64,000 nt of DNA, from IMG/VR virus record IMGVR_UViG_3300026544_000001, positions 60,677-124,676 of that record. The stretch is one strand, 5' to 3'. A program made the translations under genes and the position numbers. Positions 20,687-27,686 of this stretch are shown piece by piece. This DNA comes from a virus. The notes beneath the pieces were generated by a model. It worked only from the letters and a program-made list of their open reading frames with translations, had not been told where the DNA came from and searched no databases. Numbering within the stretch: position 1 is the stretch's first letter; every line of letters begins with the position of its first letter.

Positions 20687-21066
20687 AACGTTTACCCGAT
20701 TGGTGCTATAATGAAGAAGAGATAGCTGAGTATAATGCTGAGCTACTTGCCACTAGGTATATACCAATGACACATGAGAAAGGACATATAGTAGCATACA
20801 AGTTGTATGGTAGTAAAGGTTACACTGGAAAAGTGATGCTGATGCATACAGAAGATATAGATGGATTGCAGACAGCGGCAGACAATGAGTGGAAGGATAC
20901 TAGGATTAGATGCATAGTAGGATGTAGTAGAGAAGCATACATAGATGAATACTGGGCAGTAATGAAAGTACTAGATAGATGGAAGTATAAACCAAAGTAT
21001 GATAGAATAGGTAGTGATAGAGTATTCAGTTGGGAAGACTGGATGGATAAACTAATAGGAGAATAG
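20668..21066 (+). CDS. Hypothetical protein, possibly degenerate T5orf172-like
   Basis: The C-terminus WKYKPKYDRIGSDRVF resembles YKYEAKHKYTGYSELF of 18971-19624. Confidence 0.4.
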   Translation: MEYLMLERLPDWCYNEEEIAEYNAELLATRYIPMTHEKGHIVAYKLYGSKGYTGKVMLMHTEDIDGLQTAADNEWKDTRIRCIVGCSREAYIDEYWAVMKVLDRWKYKPKYDRIGSDRVFSWEDWMDKLIGE

Positions 21067-21213
21067 ATGTCACTAGAACAAGATGAAATAGATGAACTGC
21101 TGAGAGTTAAAGAGCAGATAGACAGTAAACTAAGCTTGGCACAAGAAGCTAAGAATAAGATAGCTATAATATATCAAGATGTGTGTGGTATGACACTAGA
21201 TTCAGAACTCTAG
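21067..21213 (+). CDS. Small protein (48 aa, not in ORF track)
   Basis: GGAG RBS. MSLEQDEIDELLRVKEQIDSKLSLAQEAKNKIAIIYQDVCGMTLDSEL. Confidence 0.55.
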   Translation: MSLEQDEIDELLRVKEQIDSKLSLAQEAKNKIAIIYQDVCGMTLDSEL

Positions 21214-21334
21214 ATAGTAGAGATGAAGTAATATCCGTGATAACACTAATCGAGTCATTTATACGGGGTGATAATCAATATAAAGTATGTATACAGAGAA
21301 TAAAATCCAGTATGAAGAAGAGGGATGGGGTATA

Positions 21335-21366
21335 TAAGCTGTATGTAAGGTACATGCAGTTATAAT
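21335..21366 (+). promoter_or_regulatory. Sigma70-type promoter for the tRNA cluster
   Basis: TATAAT at 21361-21366, with TAAG at 21335 and 21346. Confidence 0.55.
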
Positions 21367-21384
21367 ACGTGTAATTTAAATAAA

Positions 21385-21460
21385 GGGCCATTAACTCATT
21401 TGGTAGAGTATCTGCCTTGCACGTAGAAAGCGATCAGTTCGACTCTGATATGGTCCACCA
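21385..21460 (+). tRNA. tRNA-Ala(TGC)
   Basis: Cloverleaf with acceptor GGGCCAT/ATGGTCC carrying G3-U70, anticodon arm TCTGC-CTTGCAC-GTAGA, TTCGA T-loop and encoded CCA. Confidence 0.95.
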
Positions 21461-21474
21461 TTTAAATAATATAC

Positions 21475-21510
21475 GAGGTAGTAGCTCAATTGGTAGGGCA
21501 CCACTCCATA
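21475..21510 (+). pseudogene. Truncated 5' tRNA fragment
   Basis: GAGGTAG-TA-GCTC-AATTGGTA-GGGC-ACC gives an acceptor 5' strand plus D-arm. No matching anticodon stem, T-arm or 3' end follows. Confidence 0.6.
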
Positions 21511-21523
21511 TAGGCTAATACAT

Positions 21524-21599
21524 ACAGCTGTAGCTCAATCGGAAGAGCGTTCGCCTGTCACGCGAAAGGTAGCGGGATCATAACCCGTCAGCTGTGCCA
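21524..21599 (+). tRNA. tRNA-Asp(GTC)
   Basis: Acceptor ACAGCTG/CAGCTGT, anticodon arm TTCGC-CTGTCAC-GCGAA, GCCA end. The T-loop ATCATAA is atypical. Confidence 0.9.
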
Positions 21600-21664
21600 G
21601 CTCAAAAGTTTACATTAAGCGCCATTAAGATATACTTATACAAATAAACTAAAAGGTATATAAG

Positions 21665-22513
21665 ATGGAATTCGCAGAAGACGAAAAAGGAATATGGTTA
21701 ATTCAGCCAAATGGACGAAGAAGAAGGGCAATCAAAACAAGTTGCAAACACTGCAATAAAGAATTCTTTACACCCAAGAGAACACAGATTGCTAAATTCT
21801 GTTCAAGAGAGTGTGTAATAAACTCAAAATCGCATAAACGAAGAATAACACAGTGTGTTAATTGTGGTAAAGATACTAAAAACGATAAATTTTGCAGTCA
21901 TAGTTGTAGTGCTGCTTTTAATAATAAAAGAAGAAAATTAAGTAAAGAGACGAAAGCTAAAATTAGTATTGCCGCAGTATCAAATATGAGTCATCTTAAT
22001 TTTATAGGAAATAAAAGTACCAAGCGTAGACCAAAGTATTGCAAATTGTATTTATGCAAATGTAAAAAATGTGGAAAAGATTTTCTATACAAAAGAAAAG
22101 ATAAAAAATGCTGTTCGGATAAATGCTACCATGAAACAGTAGGAGGGTATAGAGAAAACTCTGTAAGATCAAATGGTGCATATGTTACAGACTCGTTTGG
22201 TAATAATGTTTATCTGCAATCTTCCTATGAACTTGAATGTGCAAAAGTTCTTGATCGTAATAACATAAAATGGGTCAGGCCATCTTATTTAAAGTATAGA
22301 GATTCTTTAGGTAAAAATAGAAAGTATTATCCAGATTTTTACTTACCTAGTATAGATGTGTATCTTGATCCTAAAAATAAATTACTTATAGGTAGAGATA
22401 CTGAGAAAATACATTTAGCGTCTATTCAAAATAATGTAAAGATACTTATTCTTGGGAAAGATATAATATATAATGAAAAACTACTTTTAAAAACAGTATT
22501 AATCAAAACTTAA
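21665..22513 (+). CDS. Putative homing endonuclease (Zn-finger repeats + PD-(D/E)xK-like domain)
   Basis: Three CxxC...CS..C repeats, then QSSYE...YYPDFYLP...YLDPKN. Free-standing, next to the tRNAs. Confidence 0.75.
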   Translation: MEFAEDEKGIWLIQPNGRRRRAIKTSCKHCNKEFFTPKRTQIAKFCSRECVINSKSHKRRITQCVNCGKDTKNDKFCSHSCSAAFNNKRRKLSKETKAKISIAAVSNMSHLNFIGNKSTKRRPKYCKLYLCKCKKCGKDFLYKRKDKKCCSDKCYHETVGGYRENSVRSNGAYVTDSFGNNVYLQSSYELECAKVLDRNNIKWVRPSYLKYRDSLGKNRKYYPDFYLPSIDVYLDPKNKLLIGRDTEKIHLASIQNNVKILILGKDIIYNEKLLLKTVLIKT

Positions 22514-22557
22514 AACTTATTGTTATATAATTATTAAAAATTTAAAAGGATAATTTA

Positions 22558-22692
22558 ATGGATGAAATAGCTGATGAATGTGCAGATATAATTGATAATG
22601 TGTTAGAACGTAAGGGTATAACACTATCACCTATGGAAATAGATGAAGTAAGAGATATAATACAAACTATATTAGAAGATGGTGGTTATTAA
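22558..22692 (+). CDS. Small hypothetical protein (44 aa, not in ORF track)
   Basis: AAGGA RBS. MDEIADECADIIDNVLERKGITLSPMEIDEVRDIIQTILEDGGY. Confidence 0.5.
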   Translation: MDEIADECADIIDNVLERKGITLSPMEIDEVRDIIQTILEDGGY

Positions 22693-22694
22693 TA

Positions 22695-22907
22695 ATGGAT
22701 CTTATGGGTAATATACTGATAATAGTATCTATGATAATTGTATTTATAGGTATAAGTAGTATGCTTATAAGAAGCACTAAACCTTGTCCTGAGTGTGGTG
22801 GTACAATGACTACAGTAGGTTACATAGGCGATAGAAACGGTCCAGCTGTAGATAACATACTTTGGGAATGTAAAGATTGTAACTATAATGAACAGGAGTT
22901 GGTGTGA
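22695..22907 (+). CDS. Membrane-anchored zinc-ribbon protein
   Basis: N-terminal TM helix, followed by CPECG...W.CKDC. Confidence 0.6.
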   Translation: MDLMGNILIIVSMIIVFIGISSMLIRSTKPCPECGGTMTTVGYIGDRNGPAVDNILWECKDCNYNEQELV

Positions 22908-23329
22908 AGGTACATAGTAGAAGAAACTCTAACAAACGTAATAAGAAGATGGAAAGTCAACGTAGATATAGAGGTAAAGACTTTGCTAAAAGAGATAAAC
23001 AAATAGCAGATAAGTTCTCTAGTATTAAAAGAGTTGAGTTATATAGTAAAGTATATAAAGAAGTTAATTTCAATGGAGAAACTACTTTTAGAGGTAGCGT
23101 AAAGACAGAACCAAAACCTATACTACTTACTGATGTAGTAGTAGATGGCACATACATTGAATATGTATGGGTTACTATAGGACAAGAAGATTGGGCGAAA
23201 TTAGCTATGTTACCAAAAGATAGAGACTCTTACAGAATATATCTAACTGGTGAAGTTCATAAGTATATGACAGATAAATGCTCTACTGAGAAGATAGGTA
23301 TAAGAAAAGCAAGGTTAATACATGAGTAA
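22904..23329 (+). CDS. Hypothetical protein
   Basis: 141 aa ORF overlapping its neighbours. GGAG RBS. Confidence 0.55.
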   Translation: MKVHSRRNSNKRNKKMESQRRYRGKDFAKRDKQIADKFSSIKRVELYSKVYKEVNFNGETTFRGSVKTEPKPILLTDVVVDGTYIEYVWVTIGQEDWAKLAMLPKDRDSYRIYLTGEVHKYMTDKCSTEKIGIRKARLIHE

Positions 23330-23585
23330 TATAATTAAGTATAGTAAAGCTATTAGAGCTTATAGTAATGAGATAGGAACTCCTATTGTAGCTGATATGG
23401 ATATAGGCGAAATAGCTATGTACTGGTATGACAAGTACTGCGAGTTAAAAGAAGTAGAAATAAATAACTTTGCACAAGGTATGGAGTATATGGCTAGAGC
23501 TACTGCAGCTGAAAGTAAAGCTAATGCCTATGCAGAAGCACTGGAAAGTGTACTACTTGTTAGCAGACCTAAGAGGTTATCATGA
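23322..23585 (+). CDS. Hypothetical protein
   Basis: 87 aa ORF coupled to the spanin gene. Confidence 0.5.
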   Translation: MSNIIKYSKAIRAYSNEIGTPIVADMDIGEIAMYWYDKYCELKEVEINNFAQGMEYMARATAAESKANAYAEALESVLLVSRPKRLS

Positions 23586-23836
23586 ATACAGTAATACTAT
23601 ACGGATTAGTTATTTCTATTATGAGTTTCTTATATATAGATGTACAAGCTAAGGATAAAGAGATAGCTGATCTTGAGAATAAACTAGTCAACCAGAAAGC
23701 TTATCTAGAAGATAAAGTTAAGAAAGTTGCATTTAATGTAAAGATGCTTACTAAGAAACAATCTATAGAGGAGAAGATTAACTATGACAAGAATAGCTCT
23801 AGTGTTAATATCAATAGCTTACGTATTTACTATTAG
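23582..23836 (+). CDS. Inner-membrane spanin (Rz-like)
   Basis: N-terminal TM helix followed by a coiled coil. Overlaps a lipoprotein gene out of frame. Confidence 0.7.
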   Translation: MNTVILYGLVISIMSFLYIDVQAKDKEIADLENKLVNQKAYLEDKVKKVAFNVKMLTKKQSIEEKINYDKNSSSVNINSLRIYY

Positions 23837-24062
23837 TGGATGTGGTACTGAAGCAACTCCTGCAGTACGTCAAAGATTTGAAATGCAGAAAATAGATCTA
23901 CCAGAAGGTAGTGTGTATGTAGAAGTAGATAGTGTGGAAACTAGAACTAAATGTACACCAGTTGTGTTAGAAGTAAGTAAAGTACTTAGAGGGGTAATAG
24001 GTTTCTATGAGTATCAAGTAGATGAGTATAATAAGGCAGACAATAATGAAAGTCATAAATAA
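23784..24062 (+). CDS. Outer-membrane spanin lipoprotein (Rz1-like)
   Basis: Signal peptide with lipobox ISGC. Overlaps the 3' end of the Rz-like gene. Confidence 0.7.
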   Translation: MTRIALVLISIAYVFTISGCGTEATPAVRQRFEMQKIDLPEGSVYVEVDSVETRTKCTPVVLEVSKVLRGVIGFYEYQVDEYNKADNNESHK

Positions 24063-24624
24063 ACTTATTGAAGATAAGATGGATGAAGCAGATAAGTTAC
24101 ATCTACATAATGTTAATTGCATAGCTACGTTATTAGCTAGTATTATGATGTTAGATGATTATGATCTAATGGTAGTTAGTATAGCTGCAGGTATACATGA
24201 CATAGGTAAGATACAACTAGATCAGGATGTACTGAATGCAGAAAGAAGGCTTACCGAGGAAGAGTATAAACACGTTAAGCAACATAGTCATAATAGCTCA
24301 GAACTATTCATACGTAATGTATCAGATAGTATGGACACTAACCTAGTGATAGCTATATCAAAAGCAATAATGTATCATCATGAAAGAGAGTCAGGAGAAG
24401 GTTACCCTGGAGGACTCAAAGGGCGTGCTATACCTATTCATGCTAAAATAATAGCTGTAGCTGATGTGTACGATGCATTAAGTAGCAAAAGATGTTATAA
24501 GGATAGTTGGGATACTGAAGAAGTAGATAAACATTTCATTGAAAACAGTGGTAAACTGTATGATAGAGATGTAGTTAAAGCATTATTAGGATGCACATAC
24601 AATATAAGGAAGTTATACAAATGA
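24022..24624 (+). CDS. Stand-alone HD-GYP cyclic-dinucleotide phosphodiesterase
   Basis: IHDIGK, VKQH, YHHER, GEGYPGGL, IIAVADVYDAL..KRCYK: the full HD-GYP motif set. The true start may be the second Met. Confidence 0.9.
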   Translation: MSIIRQTIMKVINKLIEDKMDEADKLHLHNVNCIATLLASIMMLDDYDLMVVSIAAGIHDIGKIQLDQDVLNAERRLTEEEYKHVKQHSHNSSELFIRNVSDSMDTNLVIAISKAIMYHHERESGEGYPGGLKGRAIPIHAKIIAVADVYDALSSKRCYKDSWDTEEVDKHFIENSGKLYDRDVVKALLGCTYNIRKLYK

Positions 24625-24827
24625 AAAAGCAAGATATAAAATTAACTGTAAGATACATAGTACTAGGTTTCATAATGTACCTAGCGTATAGAGTAACTAG
24701 TGCTGAGTATATAATTAGTTTAAAAGATGTAAACTCAACTACATTACAAGTAGTAGTAGGTGCAATCTTCGGAGCGCTTACAATGATTACTGGCAAGCAT
24801 TTTTCTGAATCTATAGATAAAGATTAA
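24591..24827 (+). CDS. Putative holin
   Basis: Small protein with two TM segments, inside the lysis cassette upstream of the endolysin. Confidence 0.55.
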   Translation: MHIQYKEVIQMKKQDIKLTVRYIVLGFIMYLAYRVTSAEYIISLKDVNSTTLQVVVGAIFGALTMITGKHFSESIDKD

Positions 24828-24854
24828 TATTAGTTCATACTTAGAAGGATAAAA

Positions 24855-25190
24855 ATGATTTTACATGAAGATATTTTAAATAATAAGTCACCAGGGAATG
24901 GTAAAATAATAAGTACTTTTAAAAAGTTACCTGACAGGATTAAATCTATACATGGTGATAAGCGTATTAGAGAGGTAGCTAGAAAAGCTGGACTAAAGTA
25001 TAAAATACATTATATGATTAAAACAAAAAATGCTATGGGTATTGAGAAGAAGCTTCTTACTTTTGGTAAGCCAGTAGATGCAGGTAATATAGACGGAAAA
25101 ACAGAATTCAGAGAAATAGACGATAAGTTATTCGGAAGCTTTAGTTGGGTGTTAAAAGAACACTTCAACACAACAATAGATAAGGATTAG
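24855..25190 (+). CDS. Hypothetical protein, T5orf172-like remnant
   Basis: AMGIEKKLL...DGKTEF resembles the C-terminal half of T5orf172 domains. Confidence 0.4.
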   Translation: MILHEDILNNKSPGNGKIISTFKKLPDRIKSIHGDKRIREVARKAGLKYKIHYMIKTKNAMGIEKKLLTFGKPVDAGNIDGKTEFREIDDKLFGSFSWVLKEHFNTTIDKD

Positions 25191-25192
25191 AT

Positions 25193-25588
25193 ATGGGTTA
25201 TAGATTTGGTAAGACTAGCTTAAGTAGGCTGGTAGGAGTAGATAATAAATTAGTTGAAGTTGCAAAGACAGCTATTAACATAAGTAAACAAGACTTTACA
25301 ATAGTAGAAGGATTACGTACACCTGAGAGACAGCTAGAGTTGTATGAAAAAGGTATGAGTGAGTTAGATGGTTATAAAAATATAAGCTCACATCAATTGG
25401 GAGAAGCTATAGATATAGCTCCATATAAAGATGGTAAACTACTATGGTCGTTAACTAACAGTAGAGAATGGTTAGAAATAGGTAGAGCAATGCTAAGGGC
25501 AGCTAGATTGCATGATGTTGATATAGAATGGGGAATAGGTTATAACATAGGTACTGGTTATGATGCTCCACATTTTCAACTAAAATAA
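25193..25588 (+). CDS. Endolysin, peptidase M15 (L-Ala-D-Glu peptidase-like)
   Basis: FG..S..RL.GV...L, DFTIVEGLRT.ERQ..LY..G, S.H..GEAIDI, WG and DAPHFQL motifs. Confidence 0.9.
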   Translation: MGYRFGKTSLSRLVGVDNKLVEVAKTAINISKQDFTIVEGLRTPERQLELYEKGMSELDGYKNISSHQLGEAIDIAPYKDGKLLWSLTNSREWLEIGRAMLRAARLHDVDIEWGIGYNIGTGYDAPHFQLK

Positions 25589-25604
25589 TAAGTCTAAAGT
25601 ATGT

Positions 25605-25635
25605 AAGCTGAATGTAATATAAATTAGCCTATAAT
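25605..25635 (+). promoter_or_regulatory. Putative promoter of the signalling operon
   Basis: TATAAT at 25630-25635 with an upstream TAAG, in the gap after the endolysin. Confidence 0.45.
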
Positions 25636-25674
25636 GATTTATAAAATAACGAATATTTAACACAGGTAGATATA

Positions 25675-25929
25675 ATGGATAAAAGAATTGCTAAATTAGA
25701 GTCTGAATTACAACAGCTGCAAATAACAATGAAGATGATGGATGGTACCTTAGAGATACTTAATGGTACACTATCTCGTTTTAATGAATCAGTAAATCAT
25801 ATAAATGAAATAGAAAATATACTATATAAGAAAGAACAAAGAAGAACCATAATATGTGCAAGTGCTATAATACTTAGCGTAGGTTCTATTGCTGGTATAT
25901 TAACTGCAATTACAATGTTTAAAGGGTAG
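25675..25929 (+). CDS. Coiled-coil protein with C-terminal TM helix
   Basis: Heptad N-terminus and hydrophobic C-terminus (XhlA/holin-like architecture). Confidence 0.55.
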   Translation: MDKRIAKLESELQQLQITMKMMDGTLEILNGTLSRFNESVNHINEIENILYKKEQRRTIICASAIILSVGSIAGILTAITMFKG

Positions 25930-25933
25930 TAAG

Positions 25934-26404
25934 ATGAGTAAGTATACTGAAATAGAAACTAAAATAAATAAGATGTCAAAAGACTTTAAAGATCAAATAC
26001 GTGCACTTACAGTTGTCGGTCAGAGTGAAATAAGTGATTTTGCAATAGACATAAAAACAGATGAGAATAAAGATGTAGTTAGATTCGTTATCCATGCAAA
26101 TGATGTACTTAATACAAAACAAATACATATAACAAACGCTATAGTAGATATACTTGAAGAGATGCTAAATATTAAAAAAGAAGTTGTTGCAGGTTTAGAT
26201 GAAATAGAAAACAGAAGAATAACGCCTAAGAAAGTTGTATCTAAAGGATGGGGTATAATAGAAAAAATAACGGGGTTAAAAACCATACTAGCTTTGATTG
26301 TTATACTTGGTATACTTGGTATATTTATTACTATGCCAGATCAGACAATAGAGTTATTTAGAAGTGGCGGTTTAAAAGAATTATTAAAAGGTATATTAAG
26401 ATGA
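25934..26404 (+). CDS. Membrane protein with C-terminal TM helix
   Basis: TM segment TILALIVILGILGIFI. Overlaps the response regulator start. Confidence 0.55.
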   Translation: MSKYTEIETKINKMSKDFKDQIRALTVVGQSEISDFAIDIKTDENKDVVRFVIHANDVLNTKQIHITNAIVDILEEMLNIKKEVVAGLDEIENRRITPKKVVSKGWGIIEKITGLKTILALIVILGILGIFITMPDQTIELFRSGGLKELLKGILR

Positions 26405-27063
26405 GTATGTTTAATTTTATAAAAAAGTTATTTAACAAAGAGGAATCTGAAAGTATAATAGAGTACAACCTTGAGGAAGAAACATTGGAACCTGATGACA
26501 AGCCTTTGATATGTGCAGATTGTAATCTGCAGAAGATAGGTAATTGTAATCCGTGTATAATGGATAATATAGCATTTGTTAATAGTTACCATGCTAATAG
26601 AAAAACTCTAATAATTGTAGATGATAACAGAGGTTCAGCATCATTTCTAGCAGATGACCTGTATAGAGAGATAGGTGAGGATATTAACATCATAACATTT
26701 ACTAGTGAGTATGCAGGTTTTATATTGGAAGAGATGTTAGATAAGACTGGTATAGGTGTAGACTATGCTATACTAGATATAACCCTAGGTGGAATAAGAA
26801 GACTAGGTGGAAAGAATGTTGTATACGATGGAGTAGATATATATAAAATACTAATGGAAAAGAATAGTGAAACAGAGTATCTATTCTATACAAGTAATAA
26901 TATGAATAAACAGTTGAAAACTATCAATGCTTTAATAGTAAAGTATAATAAAACTAATAGAGGTAATGATATAGAAAATAAGATAATCTATAAAGCTAGT
27001 AAATTTTCAAAACAAGATATAGAGAGCATCATTAGTAAATTAAATATTAAAAGGAGCAGATAA
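26401..27063 (+). CDS. CheY-like response regulator receiver protein (no output domain)
   Basis: LIIVDD acidic pocket, ILDITL phospho-acceptor Asp, DG.D, FYTS Thr and IYK Lys. N-terminal extension contains CADC-x7-CNPC. Confidence 0.8.
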   Translation: MSMFNFIKKLFNKEESESIIEYNLEEETLEPDDKPLICADCNLQKIGNCNPCIMDNIAFVNSYHANRKTLIIVDDNRGSASFLADDLYREIGEDINIITFTSEYAGFILEEMLDKTGIGVDYAILDITLGGIRRLGGKNVVYDGVDIYKILMEKNSETEYLFYTSNNMNKQLKTINALIVKYNKTNRGNDIENKIIYKASKFSKQDIESIISKLNIKRSR

Positions 27064-27674
27064 TGCCAGGTAGTTTAAAAACAACGTTACTTTCACTTCT
27101 TGTTATCTTTATAATCTTTGTTGGGTACGTAACAGGTAAAATGGTAGTAGAGAATATAGCTAGTAGTCAGAATATACTAAATCTTAACAGTGTATCTAAA
27201 TGTGCTAAGAAACTAACAAGATGTGATATTAGTAATGTTGACGAAAAGCAAATAGTTGAAGTTATGAATATATGTGCAAAGAATGTTAGATCAATTGGTC
27301 AAACTGGAGATATGTTTGTTATACGTAAAAGTGATGCTAAAATAGTATGGGATGCTTCTCAAGATTGTAGTGTATCTGATAGTAATAAAGCTTTCCTTAC
27401 CAAAGAAGGTGTGTGTAAGTTATTTACAAAACCAGATACGTGTAAACAAGCATCTTATATAATGAGAAATGAACCTCCTAGAGGGACATTAAAGTGGACA
27501 TTTGATGATAGTGAAGAAATAGTTAATTATCTATACCTAGCTTGTTCTATAGATAATGATCATTACATACTTGGTTGTGGTGCACAAACAGATGAGATAA
27601 TAACTACACTTAGGGTATTTATTATACCTGTACTTTCTCTTCTAGTAATCTTACTTATCGTTATATCAGTATAG
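27063..27674 (+). CDS. Two-TM periplasmic sensor, Cache-like domain
   Basis: TM-periplasm-TM topology. GDMFVI...IVWD...G.LKW.F...E.V.Y...YILGCG...DEI resembles the Cache fold. Cys-rich, with no cytoplasmic domain. Confidence 0.6.
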   Translation: MPGSLKTTLLSLLVIFIIFVGYVTGKMVVENIASSQNILNLNSVSKCAKKLTRCDISNVDEKQIVEVMNICAKNVRSIGQTGDMFVIRKSDAKIVWDASQDCSVSDSNKAFLTKEGVCKLFTKPDTCKQASYIMRNEPPRGTLKWTFDDSEEIVNYLYLACSIDNDHYILGCGAQTDEIITTLRVFIIPVLSLLVILLIVISV

Positions 27675-27686
27675 AGTTCATTAGAT

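Noticed and set aside
21385-21599. Prophage attachment site at the tRNAs
   Set aside because: There is no integrase and no duplicated tRNA 3' end (the fragment is a 5' half), and phage genes continue on both sides.
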